From Psammoneis japonica (taxonomy: Eukaryota): 64,000 bases of DNA. The DNA lies in contig QPGO01000103.1 of the NCBI GenBank assembly GCA_008632985.1, positions 1 through 64,000 of the forward strand. Reading direction: 5' to 3'. This document shows positions 1-11,045 of the stretch, in pieces. The position numbers and the translations under genes are program-made. The notes below the pieces were generated by a model, which did no database searches, was not told the DNA's origin, and saw only the letters and a list, made by a program, of their open reading frames with translations. Every line of letters begins with the position of its first letter. Position 1 is the stretch's first letter.

Positions 1-1196
1 CACTCGCCATTTTCGTGCGAGAACCTCGTGAAAATGGAATTTGCACCAGAGTCTACGTGGCAATGTTTCTGCGGTTTTCGCGCGCAGGATGCAGTGCCCA
101 ATGCACAACGCACAAGACGAAAACGCACAAGACACACAACAACATGCCACACCTCATTAGCAACACCAATCGGCGGTTGTCGAACGTCACATTGCTGCAT
201 TGCCGTCATCACATCATTGCTGATGGTGGACGTGGACACCATGACCAGCCAGCAACCTTCTCTGCCTGGTCAGTTGGGCTGCAACATGGGAGATGCTGAC
301 AGCACGGCCCAAGCCAACAGGGCGGCCACAAGGCTGTGTGAGGCGTTTCGCAATTCGACGGGCAGGCTGCCGACAGCTCAAATGTGTTTTGTCGAAATTG
401 ATGGCGAGAATTTGGAAGCAGAGATGTTTCAATTCTGTTTGTGGATTTCCACCACTCCCATTCCAGCAAACTTTGATGCCAACCTTCAACCCCCGAGGAG
501 TCACAATGCAGACGAGCCCGTCAAGCTGGTGATGGCATCTTCTCTGTCAAAATGCATTGGCAAGGTCATCAAGTTCTTGCGAGAAAAATTTCCAAACCAC
601 CCAGACTTTCAAGGCTTGAGGCCATCAGATGTGCCTGAGTGGTGGAGCAGAATGTGCCCCACTTTTGAAAGAGAGTGCACTCGGCTCCACACGTCTCCAG
701 GCGGTGAACACACATTTGGCAACACTGCCACCCAGCCACTCTGTCAGGACAATCGTCTCTTCCGAGGCAATCAAACCACACCCGGTGATGACATTGGGGC
801 CATGCTTCAGAAGATTGATCTCCTGAGCATTGTCAAAAAGCTTTTCGACAAAGCCACGCTGCTGTGCGACAGGGAAGGAGCCTTGCAGCAGCGATGTTGG
901 CTTGTGATGCTGTGTTTTGCGGTGGGTCGAGGTGGTGAAATTAAGTTCAACAGCTGCATTGATTGGCGATGGCACCCTTTCTTTGAAGTGACAGACACTG
1001 GGTGGGTGGAGCTCAAGCTGCTCCGAAAGCATGCCATGGCAATGGTCCCGCACCGGCTTGAACTCCTCCTGGATTTCTGTCATTGCATGGCAAGCTTTTG
1101 GGCCATGGAAGGTGGCCTGTTTCGTTCTGGTGCAGATGAACAGGCCATTGCCAACTTTGTCTTTCCAGATCTTCACAAGTGCAAGGACAGTCAGGT

Positions 1197-1641
1197 TGCA
1201 ACACACAGCTGCTGACAAGAGTCAATGCATCACGGCGACGTGTCACAGCCTTTAAATGTCACAAAGGGCGTGACAAAATAACCTTTTGTCTGCATGCATG
1301 CTGCATTGTGAATTCACAGCGGAGTGGTTCATCGCAACCATTGGGCAGGAGGCCAGGGGTTCGAAACCCTGAGTGGGAGTTGTCTGCAGCAACGTTGATC
1401 ACTGTCGAACGCGCAAAACTCTGTGCAGTTCTGCATGTTCCTTCGCATGCACCCACACTGTTCCGCCAAAACCGTGCAGTGTCAGTGCACGTCAGCAAAG
1501 AGCCGCGTGGACACGTGATGCATGGGGAGGAGTGCAACACACAGCTGCCAACAAGAGTCAATGTGTCACGGCGACGTGTTGCAGCCTTTAAATGTCACAA
1601 AGGGCATGACAAAATGACCTTTTGTCTGCATGCACACTGCA
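1197..1641 (+). mobile_element. TRIM-like miniature LTR retroelement (445 bp)
   Basis: 109-bp direct repeats at 1197-1305 and 1533-1641, each TG...CA. 4-bp target-site duplication AGGT (1193-1196, 1642-1645). Polypurine tract GGGGAGGAG directly before the 3' repeat. Excision restores the host recombinase frame. Confidence 0.9.
1315..1372 (+). promoter_or_regulatory. tRNA-type RNA Pol III internal promoter-like sequence (A box + B box) inside the TRIM
   Basis: A-box-like CAGCGGAGTGG at 1317-1327 (TAGC.. if a TA>CA change is reversed). B-box GGTTCGAAACC at 1358-1368 within the hairpin CAGGG-GTTCGAAA-CCCTG. Spacing is about 30 bp. Confidence 0.55.
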
Positions 1642-3148
1642 AGGTGACAAAACTTGTCACCAAGATCATTCATGATGATCCACCCGATGATTGTTCCAAA
1701 AATGTTGCAAAGATGTTTTCAGCCAAATCCGGGCGACGTGGCTCCATCACGGAACTCATGGCTCACCCTTCGATTGGGATCAAAGATGTTTGTTGTCATT
1801 CAGGGCACACCACTGGCATGTTGTTGGGTTCCCATGCAGACTGCACTTTGTTTGTGCTGGGACTTGGAGCTGCTGAGGCCCTTTGTCGACATGACAATGT
1901 CGATGTCAACATGCGGGTCCCCCGACTCGAGAGCCTGGGAATGCATGTTGCTGCACAGGTGGAGGAATTGCTGATGAAAACGTTTGTCATTTCAGCACAA
2001 GGATTCAAAGACAAGCAGAGCGGGCTGCACCAAATCCTTCGGACGGGACTTGCATCATTGACAATGTGTCATGTCTGAGTGACCCCAAGAATGCAAGGAC
2101 CACAATGCAGTGGTGACGAAACTTCGCACTGCTGCCAGAAGTGCAAGCATTTCTGATGCCTGATTCCCAGGGATTTCTCCAGACGCTGTTCTTGATGAGT
2201 GGTCCGCCACAATCATGAAAGACTTCCGAGAACGCAATCCAGAAACAGCCCAAGTTGCTCCAGGTGGAGGACAGGCCCAAGTGACAGCGGTTGTCAATCA
2301 ACAGTCAAATGTTCTGTTGGAACCAAGGCAAATGGTGGCAACGCTGTTGCAAGAAAAAGAGTCTGATCGCCGCACTGTTGCCTCATTGCAAATGACCCTG
2401 CACCAGCAACAACACCAAATTCAGGAGCAACAACAAGAACTCCAGGTGTCACGAAGCAAGCTGTCACTGTTGAAAACTCTGCCGGGAGCCAGAGCATCAA
2501 GGCAGCACCCCAGAGAAACCAGCAACGCAGAGGAGAGCAACAAGAGCCCAAGACTAGAAGCGCCCTCACCTGCACAAGCTCCACCAGTCGCAACCGCACC
2601 CAGTGCTGCCGCCGCCGCAACCAGTGCCACCGCCGCCGCCCCACCTGCTGCCGCACCAAACTTTCTTCCAGCAGCTGCAAGAACTTTGACACACAATTCA
2701 GCAGCCAGGGCTGTGGCTGAGAAAAAGGACAACAAGAAAATGATGGTTTCCACGTTGTTGAGAGATTTGTTCAAAGACCGGCAGTTTCACAATGACCCCG
2801 GCTCTTGGAAAAACATCCCAGCTCCACATCACACAAGCGAGAAGTCTCTGCTCAAGCGTGCATTGGAGCTTGTTGAACACGTGGCCCATGAGGAGGACAA
2901 GACAACTCTGGAATCAAAAGAAGTGGACGACAACAACCTGTCTGTGTGCGCAAGGCATCTGGAGGATGGATGCATGGCAAAGATGTTAGAGTTTGAGGGG
3001 GTGAGCCCTGAGGTTCAAAAAACAACTGGGCAGGAAAGGGCAAGACCAAAAGCTTCCTGCTCACCTTGCCCTGGGTGGGCGAGTTCGTGTGCACAAGAAT
3101 GAGCTGAAAAAAATCTTGGACAATGACGAGCCGGGTCCGCCTTTGCAA

Positions 3149-4049
3149 GATCGGCCCAAGCCACCAGAAGGAACTCCTCCCAGACTCGGGTCCAAGAGGC
3201 GGTTTTTTGGAGCCCCCTGAAAATGACAATTGCAGGCATGGCAATGTCGAGGGTGATGTCAGTGGCACACACATTTTGAATTCACCAAAGTGACCCACTT
3301 GTTTGGGCTCTCTTACGATGTGTGTCGGATCGGCCCAAGCCACCTGAAGGAACTCCTCCGGACTCGGGTCCATGAGGCAGTTTTTTGGAGCCCCCTGGAA
3401 AAAGCAATTGCAGGTGTGGCAATGTCGAGGGCAGTGTCAGTGGCAGACACACATTGAATGCACAACAGCAACCTGCTTGTTTGGGCTCTCTTACAATGTG
3501 TGTCGGATCTGCCCAAGCCACCTGAAGGAACTCCTCCAGACTCGGGTCCACAAGGCGGTTGTTTGGAGCCCCCTGAAAACAACAATTGCAGGCATGGCAA
3601 TTTCGAGGGCAATGTCAGCAGTGTGCACATTTTGAATTCACCAAAACAACCTGCTTGTTTGGGCTCTCTTACGATTTATGTCGGATTGGCCCAAGCCACC
3701 TGAAGGAACTCCTCTGGACTCGGGTCCATGAGGTGGTTTTTTGGAGCCCCCTGGAAAAAGCAATTGCAGGTGTGGCAATGTTGAGGGTCATGTTGGTGGC
3801 AGACACACATTGAATGCACAACAGCGACCTGCTTGTTTGGGCTCTCTTGCGACATGTGTTGGATCGGCCCAAGCGCAAGCCACCAGATGGAACTCCTCCC
3901 GGACTCGGGTCCACAAGGCGGTTTTTTGGAGCCCCCTGAAAATGACAATTGAAGGCGTTGCAATGTCAAGGGCAGTGTCAACAGTGTGCACATGTTGAGT
4001 GCACAACAGCGACCCACTTGTTTGGGCTCTCTTGCGACATGTGTCGGAT
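3149..4049. repeat. Tandem array of five ~178-179 bp units with alternating A/B subtypes
   Basis: Units start near 3149, 3328, 3506, 3684 and 3862 (GATCGGCCCAAGCCACC...GTTTGGGCTCTCTT). Confidence 0.95.
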
Positions 4050-7000
4050 GGTGTCATCATGGCCGCCGCTGCTTCGCTCATGTGCGATTTCGTACAACAA
4101 ATTGCTCTAGCCACACAAGGCGTGTGTGCTTTTCGTGCTTCCGCGTGGCAAAGCCGTGCAAAAAGACCCGTGGGTTTTCGCGCTTTCACGCGAAAACGCG
4201 GCTCCGCCGTGAAAACCACGATTTTTCCTGCTCGCACTGGCGCGCCGTCACCCACCCGTCCCAACGCGCCATCGTTCGAAATTGAAAATGGCACACCCGC
4301 ATCTTCTTGCATGCCACGCCATGGTGTGGAAGGGAAAGACACACACATTGTCACATTGGCCGTTGCTTCGTCTGTCTGCCAAACAAGTTGGATCAGTTGG
4401 GATCAAAGTGGTGGGTGGGGTCTGTTGCTGTGCAGATTCACATTCCGGCAGAGTTGTCAGAGAGAAAACACAGGATCAAAGTGAGAGCAAAGAACCCACA
4501 CAAGGCACACAATGCAGCAGCACTGACTGCATGAGCAGCCGCCCCAAGAAAAAACCAGCAATCGGGGCCACATCTGACCAACATGGAAAAAATTTCCAAA
4601 TGAAGCTGACACAGGCTCTGACTGCAGTTGGCGCTGCTGTGGTCATGATGTGCTCTCTCACACATCGACAAAAGCGCAGGTTGGACGAGAAAGGCAGTGC
4701 CCACACTTGTTTGGAGCACCAAAAGTGCCCAATCAACTGTGTGGTCTGGCCACAACATCCCTCTGCCACCTGCCTGTGCTCAGCCCACCACACACATCAG
4801 AGCCCCTGCTGCAACGCCAGAGCCCACATGTTTGCCACCACCACATGCCCCCCTTGCTTCGTTTTCTTGCTGCAAAGATGTGTGCCTTGCTTTGCTCACA
4901 AAGAGAAAAATCACTGAACCCAACCAAACATGTGGAGTGGGTGGCACCAAAAGCTTGTGCACACATGCTTTTGCATGTGTGACAATGGGAAGCTGTGGTG
5001 TGTGATGCTTGAATGAGCGGCTGTGTGCTTTGCCAGCCAAAAAAGTTGCTGTGCAATGGGGCAGGCATCAGATTTGTGAAGTTGGTGTGCAAACAAAACA
5101 GAGCAGTGTGCTTTGTCATGAGATGGAGCAGGCAGGCCTCCTCAGGGTGCATCAACTCCTCTTCATTGTCTTTGTGTCTTTGCCACATCTTCAGAGTGTG
5201 CTGCAAGGTGATCTCCGCATCATTGTCTTCATCTTTCACATCCGTGTGTGTCATCTCATGTGAGGACAGGCATTGTGAAAGTTCACCCACAGCATCAGAT
5301 GACAGACCAACACAAAAGCATTGTCAAAAGATGAGCCTGTGCTGCTTCATCCTCTTGAGATGGAGAAGGGAGCTTGGCTGCAGATTTTTCTGCCACTGCA
5401 CCACTGGTTGTGACACAAGAGAATGCAGCTGCTCACACTCAACAACAACTGGCTCTCGTTGCCCACCTCTTTTAAATCACAATGGTGGGTGCTGGTGCCA
5501 CCACAGCCATTGCTTGCATCTCCTTTGTTGCTGCTGCTCTGGCTGTGCAGATTCATTGTTGTCCCCTTTTTCACTCACAATTTGTGAAGCACCTGCAATG
5601 CAAGTCCACTTGGCGCATCTTAAAAGGACAAATGATGTGATCAAATGACCTCACACCTCAGACAATCATGCGCGCCATTGTCAGAAGGGAGGGGGGCAAA
5701 CACAAGGTTGACAACAAAGTGGGGGGGGACAAAGTTTGGGTGGAAAAATGGTGTGTTTGTTGAATTTCATGGGGAGGGTTGGTGCACTGGCAGAGTGCCA
5801 GGGTGACACATGCATTGGCTGCACTCTTGCATGGTGGCCAACAGAGACCAAACAACCAGCCAAAGTTTCCAAGTTAAGGCCAATGTGAGATTTCAAAATG
5901 TGGTTGACACTGCTGGGACATTGTCGTGAGATGTTGTGAAAAACATTGTGTGAGATTCCACAGCAGCTGGCATGTCTTTTGAAACTAAAAAATCATTGCC
6001 ACCACACACCACAAGTGGCAGATGTGAGGAAACAAAACAAGCAAGTTCCTTGCACAGAAGTGCTTGACAAGCGAAAACAGCAGCATTTTGGCAATGGTGC
6101 AGCACAAAAATGAAAGCCATGCAATGATGTTTTTTTAATGTCTGTGCCATTTTTTTTGTCATTGCAGCCACAAATCAGGGTCATGTGATGATCAAGCAAC
6201 CATGTCTTGCTGAAGCTTGTGGAAAAGCTTTGCAAGACCATGACATGGATGAAATGAAACAATGATGCAATGAGCCAACTTTTTCATTTCATTTTGCTTC
6301 ATTTGCTGCTTGTGTCCTGCCACAAATTTGCACAAACTGTCATTTCTTTTTTCCTGCACACTCAAGCTGCAACAAAGAAAACTTCTGTGACATCATTCTG
6401 GACAAAACACTTGGTGCCCAAAGGCCATTTTGGAGTTCTGAAGGCACTGTTTTGGGAGCTCATTCACAAATGAAATGTTTTTTTTGTTCCTTCATTTTTA
6501 CATTTTTCATGAGCTGGGGCTTGTGACAAACTCTTAAAAAATGTGACATCCAAAGAAAACCAGCTGAAACTCCACATCTTCCTAGAGATTTCTGCTGAAG
6601 GTGTGGCGATGGTTGTTGTTGACCATCGCTGTGTGCAACATGGGAGCAAGAGTTGTTTTCAACTTTGTCATCGCACAACAAGAAGGGGTGCTCTTGCATG
6701 CTGTGCAGCTCACTTCAGAGTGGTGCAGGCCTTTGCTTTCATGTGCTCATGGCTCCACCATGTGAAGTCAGTGCAGCATTGCTCATGACTGACAGCTGAC
6801 AAAGCACACCAGCAGCTCAGACCACCATGCTGCACACATCATTTGGCGGCACCCTGCTGTGTGGCAAAGATTGCGTGATTTGTGAGAAGCGCGCACAGCT
6901 GCAGCTGAATGAAGGAACCCCCTTTTCAGGTGACTCAAGAAGAGGGTGTGCATCCTGTCAATGTGTGGCAGAAAAGGCTTGCAAAGTCCAAGACAGTGTC

Positions 7001-10000
7001 AACAAACTGTTGCCATCAGGCAGCACTGCCACAGACATTTGTTGTGCATGGCTGTTTTTGTGCCAACAGCAAGCATGGTGCACTGGGTGGCAGATCAGCT
7101 GCTGTTGCCTGGTGAAGAAGCAAAAGAGCGCCAAACAAAGTGCTTTTTCAACTTGGCTTCAGCTCTCAGCCAGAAAAGATTGCATGAAGAACAAAAGCTG
7201 TTCCAGGTCATTGGCTGATGGATGCAAAGCAGTGCAAGTGTTGAAAGTGCAGCTGACAAAACCAGCAGCAGCTCTTTGCAGCTGTGCCCTCCTTCATCAT
7301 GATGTTTGCTGGAGACAGACAGCTGTCTGCCTGTGGCTTGATGACAAGCCACCTTGCAGCCATCTTCTCACATCAAACAGCACCTGGCAGGCTGCACTGC
7401 AGCTGGTGAGAAATGAGAAGCACCTGTGAAAATGTGCCAGCTGGGGTTGTTTTTTGTTTCTTGCAACGCCCAAAGAACAAGGTGATTGCTGCCATGACAA
7501 CCACCCTGCTTCTGCTGTTGCTTCCTCTGTCTGGCACTGCCTGCAAGTCTGTCTCATTTTTGAGGTTGCTGTGTCAAGCACTTGATGCAAAAGTCATGAG
7601 AAGCAAAAACCCTTCAAGATGCCAACATGGCAAAGCCTTGCATGGAATTCTGTGCTTGGCAGCTGAAGCAGCAATCATCTTGAAAGAGTTGATGCTGCTC
7701 CTCAATTTGAGATCAGAAGAGTGAGACAAAGAATTGAGGGCATGATCTCAGCTGAAGCAGGAACCAAAATGCTCAAAGAAACAGGGAAGGCAAGACCAGA
7801 AATGTCATTTGACATGATGGTGGCACAGCTTTCAGCAGCAGCTGGTGGCCAACTGTGCAATGCTGGAGGTGCAATGGAGAAGGTGGCAGCAAGGAGAGCA
7901 CCCACTTGGAGCAATGGACAAGTGGCACTGGCATCATGCAGCCAAAATGCTCTGCAGTGCAGCAAGAGAGGGGACAAACAAAATGTGAGTGCCAAAAAGC
8001 AAAGTGCTGCTGTGCCCACCCAGCACAAGCAGCTCAGAACTCTTCACAGAGCAGCGACATGGTGTGAGGTGGGAGGCAAGCAGCTGGTGCTCCAGTGTGA
8101 AAATGTTTGCCAGCAGCCTGGAGAGACAGCACTTGGGTTGGGGCTCAATGCACTGGACAAGAAATGGGAGCATTGGCTCTTGCACATGCATGAAATTTGA
8201 TGCTTTGCTGAATGGCTGTGTGTGTCGTTGTCTCCATGAACACAGAGCTGAGACAAAAGTTTAAATTTTCAAGGATGAACACCATGTCATTTTTCATTCT
8301 TAGAGAGAGGGACATCTGTGACATTCTTGGGCTTCACTGTTTGCCTGCAAAGACTTTGAACAATGACGCCAATGGTTGGGTTGTTTTGTTCAACTCAGAG
8401 GAAACTGCTGATTTGGGGAGATGATCCAGCGTGGGGCAAGAAGATTCTTTCATGCTTTTGAATGATTCAAGGGCTGGCTGCAGGTGATGTGAAGGATTTC
8501 AACAAGTGCATCATGATTGCATCTGGGCCTGGCAACAATGCTGCTAGATCAAAGGAAAGCAACATCTCCAGCAACGCAACCCATGCTGTTGCCGCCAATC
8601 TCAACAGGAAGCAATGCTGTCAATGATGGCATTTTCAAGAAGGTGTCAGAAGGAACACACTCAAAATCTCTTGCACAGTCACCTCCAACCCACACCATTG
8701 TGGGCTGCGCAAGCAACTTCAAGTGGAAAAGCAGGGAACCAGGTGCAAGCATGTGGGTTTGCAAGATGAGAGCTGCCCAAGAACATTTTGTTTGCAGCCC
8801 TCTGTTTCATGTGGCTCCAGGGAGAGAGACATGTGCACTTAACTTTCTTGTCCCTGTGATGGGTTTCATTGACAAGAAAACTCCAAGAATCAGTCAGAGG
8901 ATGCAGATGACTCAGCCCCCAGTTTTGTGCAACACAGTGCAACAACTCTGTGCAAGCTCCAGGGGAGGACAGTTGAGAGCCTGGTTCTTGCCAACAACTT
9001 TGACTGCAAAAAAAAACCAAACCTGATTTAAAGTGCTGTTGCACCTTTGCCCAGCAACACCGGCGCCAGCCAACTCACACCTCCGGCACACCCCAAAATT
9101 GGTGCGGCAGAAGTGCGCGCAATTGGCCTGAATTGGCGTCTCCCTGAGGAGACGCCTGATGGAAACAGTTGGTGCAGAGAACACAACAACACTTGGAGTT
9201 TGCTGCGGCACCACAGAGGACAGTTGCATTTTTGGGAAAAACTCACATGAGAGCCATGAAAGAAGCCAAAAGGAAGTCAAAGGAAGAGTGCCAAACCACT
9301 GGCTGTCGCTCATCAAGGGGGAAACCTCATTCAAACCTTGAAGAAATGAAACAACAGAAAGATCACTGCATGCAACAGAGAGCTTGGTTTGCCAGCAAGC
9401 AAGGGAGGGTTCATCCAAGACTGGGAGACAAGAAACAGGAGCACTTGATGATTCGGCGAGTCAGTCGTCAGGAAAGACATTTTCCATGCGTGGAAACCGC
9501 GCTGGGTCTTGCACAGAAATGCCGGTGCACACAGCAAATGGATGGCAGTCACTTGTTGCCAAAGGGAGGTTTGCACTCACACTTTTGTCAGCTTCACAAC
9601 AGAAGCAGTGCTTTCACCACAAGCAGCGAAGGACTTGATTGGCCAACGGGAACAAAGAGAGTCATTGGAAACGGAAGGGCATGGGGCATGAGAAGCTCGG
9701 AGACTTGACAAAACATTCATTGTTGGGGTTTGCCAAAGCATGTGGAATTTGCACTGAAGTTCTTGGATCCGCAGAAAACAACGAAAATCATGATCAATGT
9801 GCAGCAAACGACCCACAAGGAGTCGACGCCAATCATTCTCCACTTGGTGACGTTGCCAAACATGCTGAAACAAAGGCACACCATTGACAGAAAGGGCCAG
9901 CATGGTCGTGGGAGACCCAGCAAAATGCCATCTGAGAAGGGCAACATCAGCACGAGAGCGTGCGCAGAGACACACTCAGGGTTTCTTGGTGGGCAGCTGC

Positions 10001-11045
10001 CGCAGAATTGCAACAGCTTTGACTGCAGAGACAACTGGGTTCAGGTGGTTCCATCCAGAGTGACAACAAGAAAGGGACTTCATCTCAGAAAGCCAAGATG
10101 CTTGGTGGCATGAAAGCAAAGGGCATGTCACTGGCATTGAGTGAGTTCCTTGGTCACTTTGGGCGTGCAAGAGGGCTCCAATGTGGCTCTCAGACTCCTG
10201 CTGCAAATGACCATGCAAGGCATTGCAGCTGATGACTGTCATTTGCATTGTCTCTGCTTTCAATGTGCAAGGTGTGGCTTTGACAGCATGCCCTGCTGCT
10301 TGTTGCTCAAAGAACAATGAAGCACTGCCTGCCCCCCAGCTGGCATGCCCAGAGTGTGGCACGCCCAAAGAAGAAGCACAAACCGGCATGGCGGGTGTCT
10401 CAGCTTGTGTGGAGCACACAGCAAGAACAAGAGATGATGAACCCGGGGTGCAGAGACAGCACAGCGGTGGAGAGCTCGTCGTTGTGTGAGTGCTTCAAAG
10501 ATGTCTGTCTTCCCTTGCTCAGTTGCGGTCCGCTCCCCCAGCCACAGAGCCTCCTGATGGTGGGCAGGCAGCCAGACTTCAAGGTCATCTCAAATGACTT
10601 GAAATGACTGCAAATGACTCGCTCTGCCTGTTGACAAATCACGAGTCTCGCACATACACATCATCATTAGCATAAAATAGAAATCAACATTTATCGGATA
10701 ACATGTTTTCTTAAATACTGTATGTGTATCGGACTATTGGAAAATGTTCACTCATTTAGTCTATCATTACATTTGAAACTTTTTTACATAGGGAAATTGT
10801 GTTCAACGGATATCCTTAACAAAATGAACAATCTTCGTTCATTAAGCTTATATTACATCTCAACTGCTCTCCAAGAGTCGATCAAAATTTCAAAGACCAC
10901 CGCATGCACCACGCGTACAGTACCGAAGCCACGTTGATTTCTACGTGAGTCGGAGCATCAAGCCGTTGGAGGCACCACGCATTCGCAGAGCGGGACATCA
11001 TCTCTTTTTTCATTCGTTTGCCTCACACACACGACGAGAATCACC

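Larger units (their letters stand above)
223..3130 (+). mobile_element. Crypton-like DNA transposon tyrosine recombinase gene, decayed and interrupted by a TRIM insertion
   Basis: Integrase-fold motifs occur in order: AVG-R-GGE (Arg codon 928-930), FVFPDL, K-S-G-R-R-G (~1725-1742), SG-H (1806), and the residue 9 codons later (1833-1835), which is normally the catalytic Tyr and here reads CAT/His. The frame is continuous (DSQV|TKLVTKII) once 1197-1645 is removed. Internal TGA at 2076 and 2161 plus a frameshift follow, then a coiled-coil/Ala-Pro-rich tail (ORF 2215..3102). No RT or RNaseH seen. Confidence 0.75.
1..10650. other. TpA-depleted, TpG/CpA-enriched transposon-rich domain (left block, open at window start)
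   Basis: Only a few tens of TA dinucleotides seen by eye in ~10.6 kb. ORFs in all six frames are nearly Tyr-free and Cys/His-rich. TA returns abruptly at ~10,654 (cacatacacatcatcattagcataaaatag). Confidence 0.93.

Noticed and set aside
1310..1380. Functional tRNA gene
   Set aside because: Only A/B boxes and a T-arm-like hairpin are visible. There is no convincing acceptor or anticodon stem, and it lies inside a TRIM.
3149..4049. CRISPR array
   Set aside because: The units are contiguous ~178-bp repeats with no unique spacers, there are no cas genes, and the context is eukaryotic.
10030..10200. SET-domain start (VQVVPSRV...KGLHL)
   Set aside because: No downstream NHxC or ELxxDY-like motif could be recognised.
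4000..10650. Dense overlapping Cys/His-rich ORFs in all six frames (also 49.4-60.6 kb) as novel metal-binding proteins
   Set aside because: They are a by-product of TA loss: TAA/TAG stops vanish and TGY/CAY codons accumulate.
1..10650. Classical RIP or CpG methylation decay as the full explanation
   Set aside because: Both are C->T processes. RIP enriches TpA, and CpG is retained in 1-4350 where TA is already gone.
1..10650. Alternative genetic code or foreign DNA with extreme codon bias
   Set aside because: The depletion is frame-independent, affects non-coding repeats and several unrelated TE classes, and differs between the two LTR copies.
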